Positions 21,424 to 31,393 of a DNA stretch of 64,000 nucleotides are shown in pieces. Origin of the DNA: Pirellula staleyi DSM 6068 (GTDB lineage Bacteria > Planctomycetota > Planctomycetia > Pirellulales > Pirellulaceae); NCBI GenBank assembly GCA_945900945.1, contig CAMDKL010000006.1, positions 6,990 through 70,989 on the forward strand, written 5' to 3'. How positions within the stretch are numbered: position 1 is the stretch's first letter; each line of letters starts with the position of its first letter. Position numbers and translations under genes: made by a program. The notes beneath the pieces were generated by a model. That model ran no database searches. It saw only the letters and a program-made list of their open reading frames with translations, and had not been told where the DNA came from.

Positions 21424-21447
21424 TTCGATTCCAGGCGATTTGACTTT

Positions 21448-21900
21448 TTGAAGCCACTGCTCAGCGATTCTTCTGTTACTCTTACACAGATGAATTCCAC
21501 CCTAACATCGCCTGTCTCCGCTTCGACCCCAAACTACGTATTGCTAAACGGGAAAACACGAATCTCGCCAGCAGTGCTTCCGTTGCGTTCCGGCAGATTT
21601 TGTTCGTCTCTTTATGGTTTTTCAGACAAGTTACCTTATGACTTGTTTCGAACGAACAGCGAAATGGCACTCACACCCTTTCCGCTTGTGAAAGTCTATC
21701 TCCGAACTCTCCTCGAAACAGACAGCGAAAGTCTGCATCTTGTTATCTTAGATGCTTCTGGTCCAAATCGTAAAACCGTTCGAGCAGCTACGATGGAGGC
21801 AGTTCTCGAAGCCCAGATCTCACAAGCCACTTCGGTCCTCGCCGACTACTCGCTCACTTTTGACACCGAAGCGAACGGATATCGAGTCGACGAGGAATAA
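21448..21900 (+). CDS. Hypothetical protein
   Basis: 150-codon co-oriented ORF filling the gap after the prenyl synthase; no recognised motif; start uncertain. Confidence 0.6.
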   Translation: MKPLLSDSSVTLTQMNSTLTSPVSASTPNYVLLNGKTRISPAVLPLRSGRFCSSLYGFSDKLPYDLFRTNSEMALTPFPLVKVYLRTLLETDSESLHLVILDASGPNRKTVRAATMEAVLEAQISQATSVLADYSLTFDTEANGYRVDEE

Positions 21901-21903
21901 CCA

Positions 21904-23079
21904 CTAAGGTTTGTAACCCCGACCCATCACTTCGAGAATCTTATCCAATAGCTCTTCCTCTCCGATTTCGCCGGTATGACGAAATGCGACTTTGCCGCCC
22001 GGTGCAACGAGCATAGTATAAGGCTGCGGCCCGGTCCATTCTGGATCCAAGGCTTGGATGAGGCTATCCATACTCGCTTCGGTGTAGAGATAGTTGTTCG
22101 ACTTGCGGCCTTCTTTTTCCAAAGTTGCTTTTAGTTTCTTTGGTAGCGAAGCTCGTTGCTTATCCAGATAGGACATCACTCGTTCGCGATCGCTAGGAAG
22201 ATCGGTGCTTAGCGTGATCAGTTCGAAGTCTCTCAATCCCATTCGTCGCGAGATTCGGACAAGCCCTGGAAATTCCACAATGCAAGGTCCGCAGGTCGTC
22301 GACCAAACGTTGAACAGTCGGTATTTGTTCGTCTTGTTCTTAACCAATGCCGCAACTCCAGTCGCATCGATACTGTCCAAAGTGACTTCGGCTCGTTCCC
22401 AGTTTTCGTTGTCCTGTCCGACATCGGCGATTTTTTCTCGCCACTTCGTCGAACAGCCAAATGGCTTTGTTTCAGCAACGGGAACCGGCTTGCCATCGAG
22501 CAGGGCTAAAACCGCGTCTTTTGTATCCTGCCGCTTGACCGTTGTAGCGTCCGGAAATCGTGAATCGTCCAGCCAGCCTTGGTACCTAAGGGTGCGTGAG
22601 CGATCAAAAACGAAAACGTGTGGTGTAGCCAGACAACCAAACAGCTTGGCAACGGCCTGCGTTTCACCGTCATAGAGATACGGGAATGGGAACCCTTCGT
22701 CCTTTGCATAGAGCTTCATGTGCTCGAAACTATCATCGTATTTGGAGTAACCCAATTCGTCAGGCCGAAGACCGTCTCCCGAGTTTGGATTGATCGCCAC
22801 GACCGCCAAGCTTTTCCCCGTAAGCTCCTTCAATAGCGTTAGTAGACGCGGATCCTGGGCATGACAAACAGGACAATGATTGGAGGTGAAGTAGACCAGA
22901 AGCACTTCGGAATCCTTGAAATCGCTGAGCCCCCAAGCGCGACCATCGATTCCAGGCAATGAGAAATTCGGAGCTTTGTCACCGATGGAAAGCCGCTGAA
23001 ACCCAGGCGGAAAGTCTGCTCCAATCGAACTGGAAATCAACGCTAGACAAAAGACGATAACCTTCGAAACGCTTTTCAT
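21904..23079 (-). CDS. Exported redoxin protein with two thioredoxin-like domains
   Basis: Signal peptide; SNHCPVC and FGCLATPHVFVFD (domain 1); WSTTCGPC (domain 2); start at ATG 23079. Confidence 0.9.
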   Translation of the reverse strand: MKSVSKVIVFCLALISSSIGADFPPGFQRLSIGDKAPNFSLPGIDGRAWGLSDFKDSEVLLVYFTSNHCPVCHAQDPRLLTLLKELTGKSLAVVAINPNSGDGLRPDELGYSKYDDSFEHMKLYAKDEGFPFPYLYDGETQAVAKLFGCLATPHVFVFDRSRTLRYQGWLDDSRFPDATTVKRQDTKDAVLALLDGKPVPVAETKPFGCSTKWREKIADVGQDNENWERAEVTLDSIDATGVAALVKNKTNKYRLFNVWSTTCGPCIVEFPGLVRISRRMGLRDFELITLSTDLPSDRERVMSYLDKQRASLPKKLKATLEKEGRKSNNYLYTEASMDSLIQALDPEWTGPQPYTMLVAPGGKVAFRHTGEIGEEELLDKILEVMGRGYKP

Positions 23080-23260
23080 GTTCAAATCCTTGTAAGAGGG
23101 GCAAGGAAAGGGATGTCGAACCGTTGTGAAATTTACCAATGAAATAGTAACACAAACCACACCTCACGACTGTCGCAATAAGGCAAAATTCACCATCGCC
23201 CCCCAATTCAATCCTATAGGTCAATCGGTGGCAGCAAAAATAGTGTTTAATTATTCAACA

Positions 23261-23437
23261 ATGCCTTGGATATAACGGATTCACGCGGTGTCTTCGGCAA
23301 TGCTAATAGGATGTGGGGGTTCGGGATTTCCTAAAACGTATAAAGTGTCTGGCACCGTCAAGCTTGGTGGCAAGACCGTTGATGGGGCATTGGTCACATT
23401 TATGCCCTCTGGAAGCGAAAAGAGTGCTGTAGGTGCC
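23261..23437 (+). pseudogene. Truncated planctomycete lipoprotein (carboxypeptidase-regulatory-like domain) remnant
   Basis: LIGCGGSGFPKTYKVSGTVKLGGKTVDGALVTFMP is the lipobox plus first strands of the family; in-frame TAA at 23273-23275; similarity stops just before a repeat element. Confidence 0.72.
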
Positions 23438-23454
23438 GCTCTGCTTCTAAGGGG

Positions 23455-23592
23455 ACCATGGGCTGAAGCCCAATGCCACTCACTTTAAACCTTTTTCGTT
23501 GTCCTCGGGCTTCGTATTAGGCGAATTCGCCAGCAAATTTAGGCCCCAGGCTAGCGCCCGCCGGTTCACGAAATCACAAAGGGAGTGCCATT
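23455..23592. repeat. Dispersed intergenic repeat family 1 (inverted half copy plus approximately 100-bp unit)
   Basis: 23490-23592 is nearly the exact reverse complement of 58916-59030; also matches 38530-38600, 40513-40595, 46655-46752 and 61203-61282. Confidence 0.88.
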
Positions 23593-23716
23593 TGGCTAAC
23601 GCCCAATGGCTACATCCTTTCGTCCTTTCAGGACCAAGAACTGAACGATGCTCATACTCACTGAATTCCTGTGAATTCAGCTACCAAACAAGGTAGTTTT
23701 CATTCTGTCGCTGGCT

Positions 23717-25129
23717 TTAAAGCAGGTGCTTTGCTTTTACTTCCAAGTATCGGTTGATCAGTGGTGTGGTCAACATGTCCGGAAAAGCGTCGACACTCAA
23801 TACTCCAGCGTTTTCTAGTCGCTGTATGACTTCGTGACGCCAAACCAACAATTGTGCGGCGGCGGCACTTCGATAGAGGACACTCTCGTCCATGCTCGGA
23901 TTATCGGCATAATCAAAGACCGCACGGTCACGAAGCAACGCCAGGACAGGCAAATGCTTTCCCCTTAAGGTATGTAAATAACCGGTGATTTGCGCGGCCG
24001 AGACGTCGTCAATAACGCTGGTCACTAGAACGACCAAGGAACGTCGCCTGCAATTCCGTGAAAAATAGAGAAACGCTTCGTCGTAGCTCGTCTGCTTAAG
24101 GCTAGGAAACCTGTCAAAGCCAGCGTGCAGCAGTCGATTCATCTGGGCCGTTCCGCCACGGACCGGTACGTACGATTCAATCTTGTCCGAAAAACACAGC
24201 AGGCCTACCGAGTCGCCTTGGTGCAGCGCGACGTAGCTCAACATCAATATCGAGTTGAGCGCATAGTCTAGTAGGCTTAGGCCACGGTACTCATTGGTCA
24301 TCAACCGACCACAGTCGAGCATAAACACAATGCGTTGGCTTTGATCGGTTTGGAATTGTTTGACCGTAAGCTTGTTTCGCCGGGCCGTTGAACGCCAGTC
24401 AATGTGCTTGTAATTGTCGTCCTGAGTGTAGTCGCGTAATCGCTCAAAGTTATTGTCCTGGCCTGCCTTGCGAGTCTTGCGCACTCCGATCAGGCTGAGC
24501 CTATTGGTGCGAGCAAGGAGCGCGTATTCGGCCAACTGCTTCATGTCCGGGTACACAAGCAAAACGCCAGGACAATCTCGTTTGACCTGCCTTTGCCAAA
24601 GCCCAACCAGGCTCTTGAGTTTTATGAAAACAGACTCAAACGGAAACGAACCGCGTCGCAACGGCCTGATTTGGTACTCGACCTCAATCCGTTTACCAGG
24701 GGACAAAACTACCGACTGAATCTCGGGATCTGATGTCAAGCCCGGTGGTAGATCGTCACGGACATCAATCAACTGCGTTCGACTACTTCGATTATCGAGG
24801 CATAATTTCACATCATGTGTGCCACCTAGCGACGCACTCCTGAGCATCTGTCGTTCGACACCCAAGCCGCTCGGGCCGGTTATCGTAAGCAAATCAAGCA
24901 CGACAACGGACAGAGCGAGCAAGTCAAAGACAACAAGCAAATAGATAAATAGCGGCGATATCAGAATGAGGAGGGTAGACGCGCACAACGGCAGCAACAA
25001 CCAAAGCCATCGAACGGTTGGAAAGATCCGCCATCCCGATGCAAGGATCAACAACGGCGAAATCAATGTGATCAGACCAATCCACGGCGCCCAAAAAAGA
25101 GTTGTCCCGATAGAATCGTATATGGACAT
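23717..25129 (-). CDS. DUF58 domain membrane protein (MoxR partner)
   Basis: N-terminal TMs; FERLRDYTQDDNYKHIDWRSTAR; FMLDCGRLM; downstream of MoxR. Confidence 0.92.
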   Translation of the reverse strand: MSIYDSIGTTLFWAPWIGLITLISPLLILASGWRIFPTVRWLWLLLPLCASTLLILISPLFIYLLVVFDLLALSVVVLDLLTITGPSGLGVERQMLRSASLGGTHDVKLCLDNRSSRTQLIDVRDDLPPGLTSDPEIQSVVLSPGKRIEVEYQIRPLRRGSFPFESVFIKLKSLVGLWQRQVKRDCPGVLLVYPDMKQLAEYALLARTNRLSLIGVRKTRKAGQDNNFERLRDYTQDDNYKHIDWRSTARRNKLTVKQFQTDQSQRIVFMLDCGRLMTNEYRGLSLLDYALNSILMLSYVALHQGDSVGLLCFSDKIESYVPVRGGTAQMNRLLHAGFDRFPSLKQTSYDEAFLYFSRNCRRRSLVVLVTSVIDDVSAAQITGYLHTLRGKHLPVLALLRDRAVFDYADNPSMDESVLYRSAAAAQLLVWRHEVIQRLENAGVLSVDAFPDMLTTPLINRYLEVKAKHLL

Positions 25130-25132
25130 AGC

Positions 25133-26149
25133 TTAGTTTCGCGGAACTTCTATGCTGCGCAGCAACGATGTCAGCTCTTGATCGACCTTGAGTCCCTCTA
25201 CCTCCGCTTCGGCGGACATGATAATGCGGTGTCTAAGAGCAGGCAATGCGATCTCCACCACATCGTCTGGCACCACAAAATCTCGGCCTCGAAATGCCGC
25301 GATGGTACGTGCCCCTTGGACTAGTGCCAATCCAGCTCGCGGTGAAGCACCCATGTGAAATGTTGGCCAAGATCGCGTTAGCCGAACCATCTTGTTGATG
25401 TAGGTAAGCAGCTTGGGCTCGATACGAACTTGACCATTCAGCTTGATAATGCTTGCTATCTGCTCGGCATTGGTGACTTGTGCAATCTGGTCTTTCAGTA
25501 CGGACGATAAATCGATTTGCTTGGAATGCAACTCGAGAATTCTGGCTTCCTCTTGTTCGCTTGGGTAAGAAACCATCGCCTTGAACATAAACCTATCCAG
25601 TTGAGCTTCGGGCAACGAATAGGTCCCCTCGCTTTCGATTGGATTCTGCGTGGCCATGACTAAAAACGGACGTGGCACCGGGTGACTAATCCCATCGATA
25701 GTGACACAAAATTCTTGCATGATTTCAAGCAAAGCGGCATGCGTCTTGGCAGGAGATCGGTTGATTTCGTCTGCGAGCAGGAACTGAGTAAAGACGGGCC
25801 CAGGTCGGAATCGAAAATCCTGTGTCTTCAAGTCTAGAATCGGAGCGCCCGTAATGTCCGACGGCATTAAGTCTGCCGTAAACTGAATTCGTCCAAACTG
25901 ACATCCCAGCACGCGCCCCAAAGTCCTCACGAAAAGCGTCTTTCCTAAACCAGGGACCCCTTCGATCAACACGTGTCCGCCTGAGAATAAAGCGACCAAC
26001 GAAGTCGTAACCAATTCATCTTGGCCAACAAATACTTTGCTGATCTCCGCCACCGCATCTTCGAATAGCTTTTTCGCTTGATGAACGTGCGAATGTTCGG
26101 AGGTAACAAAGCTAGAGGTGCTAGGCGGAGGCGCAGGAAATTCAGACAT
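25133..26149 (-). CDS. MoxR family AAA+ ATPase
   Basis: HVLIEGVPGLGKT, RIQFTADLMPSD, LLADEINRSPAKTHAALLE, TQNPIESEGTYSLPEAQLDRF. Confidence 0.96.
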   Translation of the reverse strand: MSEFPAPPPSTSSFVTSEHSHVHQAKKLFEDAVAEISKVFVGQDELVTTSLVALFSGGHVLIEGVPGLGKTLFVRTLGRVLGCQFGRIQFTADLMPSDITGAPILDLKTQDFRFRPGPVFTQFLLADEINRSPAKTHAALLEIMQEFCVTIDGISHPVPRPFLVMATQNPIESEGTYSLPEAQLDRFMFKAMVSYPSEQEEARILELHSKQIDLSSVLKDQIAQVTNAEQIASIIKLNGQVRIEPKLLTYINKMVRLTRSWPTFHMGASPRAGLALVQGARTIAAFRGRDFVVPDDVVEIALPALRHRIIMSAEAEVEGLKVDQELTSLLRSIEVPRN

Positions 26150-26317
26150 GACAACCGTAAAAATGAGGTATGGAACGAACCAATCCGTCGCCTAATCATA
26201 ACCACCCCCCTCATCGGGATGTTTCATCCCGCAAATTTTTTTGCGATATGTAGAAGTGTTGATCCAAAACCCAAACAAGGTAGAAGCCAACCCCCTTTCC
26301 AACTTCAAAAGCCTTTC

Positions 26318-26418
26318 GACAGGAAAATTAGGGACGGAAAGATAGTCGAGGCGAGAAAAGATTCCAACGAACGAATAGATCCACGTTCTAAAATGTTCCT
26401 GTCCATAATCTTTCTGTC
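26318..26418. repeat. Intergenic inverted-repeat element (GACAG(A/G)AAA-AT family)
   Basis: Left arm gacaggaaaattagggacggaaagat (26318-26343) vs reverse complement of 26393-26418 (gacagaaagattatggacaggaacat): 20/26 identical; each arm is a tandem of about 14-15-nt units. Confidence 0.75.
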
Positions 26419-26447
26419 AAAGTGTAGGGAACCAGGATGCTCGATGC

Positions 26448-27914
26448 CTAAGACAGTACTCCGTCGATGACCTGCCCGTGCACATCCGTGAGCCGGCGGT
26501 TGATACCGTTGTGATAGAAAGTCAATTTCTCGTGATTCAGGCCGAGCAGATGCAGAATGGTCGCATGGAAATCTGGAATCGTTACTTTATTCTCGGCCGC
26601 AAAATACCCTATCTCGTCTGAGGTGCCATAACTCATTCCCTTCTTCACTCCTGCTCCGGCCAGAAAGCATGTAAACGCCGTTGGATGATGATCGCGTCCG
26701 GGTGCCCCAAGCCCTTGAGTCGCTGGACTGCGACCGAATTCGGTCGACCAAACAAAAAGGGTGTCCTCGAACATTCCGCGTTGCTTCAAATCTTGAATGA
26801 GAGCCGCCACAGGCTTGTCCATCGTTAAAGCTTGCGCATCGTGGTTCTCCTTGACATTCTCATGGCCATCCCAATTGATACGCGGCGACCCGAACGAGCC
26901 ACCGTTAAGGATCTGTACGAACCGAACACCACGCTCCAGGAGTCGCCGAGCAGTTAAGCAGTTTCTAGCAAATCCTTTGTTGGCTGGTTCGTCCAGTCCA
27001 TACATGCGTTGCGTCGCCTCTGTTTCACTCGAAAGATCGGTAGCTTCGGGAATGCTGGCCTGCATTTGCGCCGCGAGCTCATACGCACGCAACCTTGCTG
27101 CAAATGCATCGTCACCCGGATGCCCGGCGGCGAACTCTCGGTTCATCGTTGAGAGCATTTGCATATCGGCCAATCTTGCAGACAAAGAAATGCTCTTTGG
27201 GGTTTGCAAGTCCGGTACGGGCTCGCCAGACTGAGTTCGAAAGGCAACCCCCTGGTGGTTTGCCGGCAGGAACCCCGACGTCCAGTTGATGGACCCTCCG
27301 GCTGGTAGTCCACGAGGGTCAGGTAATACTACGAACGCTGGAAGGTTTTCATTCTCAGTACCTAAACCATAGCTGAGCCATGACCCCAAACATGGAAAAC
27401 CATTCAGCGTAAAGCCGCTGTTCATCTGAAAGGCGGCCGGCGTGTGATTGTTACTTTTGGCTACCATCGAATGTAGGAAGCAGACGTCGTCAACGCATTG
27501 AGACAAATGAGGCAGCAGGCTACTGACCCATGCACCGGATTTGCCATATTGATTAAACCCGTAGACACTCTTCATCAAGCGGCCTGGCTGACCAAAAAAA
27601 CCAAGGTTTTCGCCTTTGCCCTCAAGCGACTTGCCATCCCTCTTTTCCAACTCGGGTTTATAATCGAATGTATCGAGGTGGCTAACTCCGCCTGCGCAAA
27701 ACACTTGAACAACCCGCTTGGCTTTGGCTGCAAAATGAGGCTGGAGTGCGGACCGTTCCGGAGACCCCGAAGCCTTGAGGCTGTCACGATTCAGCATCCA
27801 CGCAAGTGCAATCGCTCCGAGCCCACCACCGGAATTCCAAAGGAAATGACGACGCGAAAAAGGCGAGACCTGGCCTTTTGGAATGGTGGGCGCGTAAAGT
27901 CGATCACCTGACAT
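26448..27914 (-). CDS. DUF1501 domain protein (Tat-exported)
   Basis: SRRHFL, GGVSHLDTFDYKPEL, NWDGHEN, GRDHHP; start ATG 27914 overlaps upstream stop (ATGTCAGGTGA). Confidence 0.95.
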   Translation of the reverse strand: MSGDRLYAPTIPKGQVSPFSRRHFLWNSGGGLGAIALAWMLNRDSLKASGSPERSALQPHFAAKAKRVVQVFCAGGVSHLDTFDYKPELEKRDGKSLEGKGENLGFFGQPGRLMKSVYGFNQYGKSGAWVSSLLPHLSQCVDDVCFLHSMVAKSNNHTPAAFQMNSGFTLNGFPCLGSWLSYGLGTENENLPAFVVLPDPRGLPAGGSINWTSGFLPANHQGVAFRTQSGEPVPDLQTPKSISLSARLADMQMLSTMNREFAAGHPGDDAFAARLRAYELAAQMQASIPEATDLSSETEATQRMYGLDEPANKGFARNCLTARRLLERGVRFVQILNGGSFGSPRINWDGHENVKENHDAQALTMDKPVAALIQDLKQRGMFEDTLFVWSTEFGRSPATQGLGAPGRDHHPTAFTCFLAGAGVKKGMSYGTSDEIGYFAAENKVTIPDFHATILHLLGLNHEKLTFYHNGINRRLTDVHGQVIDGVLS

Positions 27915-30900
27915 AAATAAACTCCGTTGAGTTGAATAGAGCCCAGCAGATACTTGCCAGAGAGCGTTCCTTTGCAACTGCAATCGCTCGAATCAATTCA
28001 GCACGATTAGGTGTTCGACCCAGTGCCAACCGATAGGCGGTTTCGACCGCGCTGCTCAGGTCGTCATTCGCAGTCCGCATTGCACGCTGGGCAAGATAAC
28101 TCGCTTGACGCTGAACGAAGGCATTGTTCATAAGCTCCAGTGCTTGAAGCGGTGTAGTCGTCACACCGCGCCGCGGAGTTTTCACCGATGGATCTGGGCA
28201 ATCGAACGAATCGAGCAGCGGATCCTTGCCGCTATTGACGTTGATTCGATAGACAGTACGCCGATTGAACTCAGGCTCATCACGATCCACTGGCGTGTAA
28301 AAAGTCGCATTGAATTCTGTTGTGGTAAATGGCCGAAAACTCGGACCACCGCCATTCCGACTCAACTGTCCGCTTGCGACAAGCATCGCATCACGCACGG
28401 CCTCGGCTTCCAGTCGACGTGGAACAAATCGCCAAAGCAGTCGGTTGTCTGCATCGATCGTAGCAGCCGAATCAATGTGCTTCGACGCTTGTCGATAAGT
28501 GGCCGAATGAACTATCAACCGGTGCAGTGATTTCACACTCCAACCGCTTTCTGCGAATTTTACCGCCAGCCAGTCGAGCAATTCTGGATGACTCGGACGT
28601 TCGCCGCTTACTCCGAAATCATTCGGCGTCGCAACCAGCCCTTGGCCAAAGTGCAAATGCCAAACTCGGTTTGCCATAACGCGGGCAGGCAGTGGATTGC
28701 GAACATCCGAAAGCCAATCCGCGAATTTCAGTCGTCGTTCCTTCTCAGGCGAATCGGCAGCGAGTCCAAAGTCCGGTTCCAGCTCAAAGACCGCCGACAA
28801 CGCACCTGGCGTCACATCTTCATCCGGCGAATTGACATCACCCCGCTTTAATCGCTTCGTTATCGGAGGCTGAACGCGAACTCCTGTATACGAGACAGGT
28901 AGTTTTTTTAAATTCGCGAGCGATCGTTTGGCACGCTGCAAGTTGTCTAACGCAGCCGAATGATTATCGCTTTGCTCTAGAGTCAAACTGGCCATGACCT
29001 CCGCTTTGGTTGCGGCAAACCCTCCAGCTCGAAACGATGCCGACACTTCCTCGTTGCTCAATGCTCGATCGTAGAGTGCAGCTTGTTTGATTTCACCGGT
29101 GAGCCAAGGCCGTCCTCCACCCGTATGCCGTCGACCGAGCAGCACATGCGCATCGCCAGCCAGAAACGTAACAAGCGGAGTCGTCGGCGTGTAGGGCTTG
29201 CCTAATGGCACTCCATTGCGGAATAGGGAGATGCTGTTGTCGGATGCATAAACGATAGCAACGTGGATAAACGTATTGGGGTCTGAAGACTCTTCCTGAG
29301 TGTCTAACTCACTGGTTCGTGAGAAACCCTCGCTTCCAGCCATCCATTTTTTTGGCTGCTTTTCACCGAACACGATTGCGTCAAACGTATGGCCGTTCCC
29401 TGTTTCGATCGCAATCGCGGCCCCTCCGCCCTGATCAAGATTAGCAAGCGATACCCACGCCTCAAGAGTTTTTTCACGAATCTCTTTAGTTAACGATGCC
29501 GTTTCGAAAAAGGCACCTGACTTAGGAAGATGAAGCACGCCGCTATCGAACTCCAGTTTTTTTATGACCGCTCCCCCCTTGAGTTTACCAGGCATTACTT
29601 CGGTTGCTGTTCCATCGAAAGTCCATTTGGCAAAGGGTACAGGCCCCGGTTCGGATGAACCCGATTGGCGTTTAGCGATGGCCTGCTTGGAGGCCTCTGT
29701 TTCAATGCGAGCCATCGTCTTGTTGGCCCGATCAATCTCAATCTCAAGCTCCTTTTGCAAGAGGTTATGAGACTTGGATTCCTCAACGGTTGCGATTCCG
29801 CGTTCACCGTGCTTAACCCCTTCGAACACCGACTTGATCCGATAATATTCTTCGTGTGGAATGGGATCAAACTTGTGAGCATGGCATCGAGCGCAATTAA
29901 CCGTCAGGCCTAAAAACGATTGACCAACGACACCGATCATGTCTTCGAGTTCGTCTTCGCGGGTGATGGCTCGCTGGGTCGCGTTCTTCTGACTATTGCC
30001 CGCTTGGTCCCAAGGTCCACAAACGAGCAAGCTTGTTGCGACAATTCCATCCTGCGTCATCGGCTCCATGACATCGCCCGCAATCTGCTCCTTCATGAAC
30101 TCCGTGTATGGCTTGTCGTTGTTGAAGCTCTTGATAACATAGTCCCGATAGTGCCATGCATTGTCGCGTAGCCGATCGTATTCGAAGCCTTGGCTCTCCG
30201 TATAGCGAGCGATATCGAGCCAATGCCGACCCCAGCGTTCGCCATAATGCGACGAGGCAAGCAGTCGATCCACCAGCGTTTGATATGCCTCAGACGATCG
30301 GTCGGAAACAAAGGCATCGATTTCATCGGGACTTGGAGGCAATCCGATCAGATCGAAGCTCAATCGTCGAATGAGGGTCTGCCTATCGGTTTCGGGGGAA
30401 AGAGCAAGTTTCTGTTGTGCAAGCTTTTCATGAACGAACGCGTCGATTGCATTGCTCGAAGCATTTGGGGCGGCGGGCAAGACCAAGGGTCTCAGTGACC
30501 AATGTGAACTTGCTTGCCGTTTCTGCCCAGAAAATTCGTCAGGCCAAATCGCTCCTTCATCCAGCCACGTTTGAATCTTCTTTAGTTCCTCGTTCGTAAG
30601 TCGCGGTTTGCCGCTATCCTTTGGCGGCATCAGCGACTCGTCATCGTCGCCATTCACGAAACGGAAGAGTGGGCTTTTCGCCGCTTCCTTCGGTACGATC
30701 GCGGCTTCACCCATATCGCCGCCTTTCAGAGCGACCTCTCGGACATCGAGACGATAGCCACTCTTTTGCTTGTCGGGTCCGTGACACTCGTAGCAGTGTT
30801 CCTGGAATATGGGTCGGACTTCGCGAGCGAAATCCACCTGGGCTATTGCATTCGAAGCGAGGCAACAAATGAAGAACGTAATTTTACAGAAACGCCCAAT

Positions 30901-30939
30901 GCTGTGTTGCTGTTGCATGCTGGTCGAGTTCTTTTGCAT
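27904..30939 (-). CDS. PSCyt1/DUF1549/DUF1553 protein with LamG/ConA-like insert
   Basis: CYECHG, YGERWGRHWLDIARY, CARCHAHKFDP, central KTLEAWV...GEIKQAALYDRALS lectin-like domain, TPLQALELMN. Confidence 0.95.
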   Translation of the reverse strand: MQKNSTSMQQQHSIGRFCKITFFICCLASNAIAQVDFAREVRPIFQEHCYECHGPDKQKSGYRLDVREVALKGGDMGEAAIVPKEAAKSPLFRFVNGDDDESLMPPKDSGKPRLTNEELKKIQTWLDEGAIWPDEFSGQKRQASSHWSLRPLVLPAAPNASSNAIDAFVHEKLAQQKLALSPETDRQTLIRRLSFDLIGLPPSPDEIDAFVSDRSSEAYQTLVDRLLASSHYGERWGRHWLDIARYTESQGFEYDRLRDNAWHYRDYVIKSFNNDKPYTEFMKEQIAGDVMEPMTQDGIVATSLLVCGPWDQAGNSQKNATQRAITREDELEDMIGVVGQSFLGLTVNCARCHAHKFDPIPHEEYYRIKSVFEGVKHGERGIATVEESKSHNLLQKELEIEIDRANKTMARIETEASKQAIAKRQSGSSEPGPVPFAKWTFDGTATEVMPGKLKGGAVIKKLEFDSGVLHLPKSGAFFETASLTKEIREKTLEAWVSLANLDQGGGAAIAIETGNGHTFDAIVFGEKQPKKWMAGSEGFSRTSELDTQEESSDPNTFIHVAIVYASDNSISLFRNGVPLGKPYTPTTPLVTFLAGDAHVLLGRRHTGGGRPWLTGEIKQAALYDRALSNEEVSASFRAGGFAATKAEVMASLTLEQSDNHSAALDNLQRAKRSLANLKKLPVSYTGVRVQPPITKRLKRGDVNSPDEDVTPGALSAVFELEPDFGLAADSPEKERRLKFADWLSDVRNPLPARVMANRVWHLHFGQGLVATPNDFGVSGERPSHPELLDWLAVKFAESGWSVKSLHRLIVHSATYRQASKHIDSAATIDADNRLLWRFVPRRLEAEAVRDAMLVASGQLSRNGGGPSFRPFTTTEFNATFYTPVDRDEPEFNRRTVYRINVNSGKDPLLDSFDCPDPSVKTPRRGVTTTPLQALELMNNAFVQRQASYLAQRAMRTANDDLSSAVETAYRLALGRTPNRAELIRAIAVAKERSLASICWALFNSTEFIYVR

Positions 30940-31050
30940 CGATTCATTTCCCGTTCGTCAAGCATTTGAATAACGACACGGCGTAGGAACATACGGTTGG
31001 ACGTAGTTTAATCTAAAACCACCACCATTGCACGCTGGCGTGCCAACTCA

Positions 31051-31218
31051 CTATTCGCCAAAAAGCTGTTGCTTGAGGAATGGTTAAGCGATCGCTTGCA
31101 TGAATGCGGACTGGCGATTGTTTGCCGCACCACCGTGCCCCCCTCGATATTTTCGTAATGCATCACGGAATGACCTTGCTGTTCCATTTTTGCCATCATC
31201 TTACGAGCGTGACCTGGG
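31051..31218 (-). pseudogene. Prolyl oligopeptidase (S9A) C-terminal fragment
   Basis: PGHARKMMAKMEQQGHSVMHYENIEGG, then -1 frameshift in a G6 run, then HGGAANNRQSAFMQAIA*PFLKQQLFGE*; matches the POP catalytic-His region (PGHARKM...YENxEGGHG). Confidence 0.78.
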
Positions 31219-31393
31219 CAAAGTTTAACGAAAGCCATTTTTTCGAAGCGTTCAGCGAAAAGTGTCATCCGTTTTGGAAATTTTGGAGTGGTACGAATCG
31301 CCTGAGGGGGCGATTGACGATACACTTAGCCGCTCCTCGATTCGCCGACCATATTAGTTTAGATGGTTTCCATTTATTCATGGAGGATCAATC

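Noticed and set aside
26078-26470. 130-aa plus-strand ORF in the MoxR/DUF1501 gap
   Set aside because: Explained by the inverted-repeat element; overlaps both flanking genes antisense
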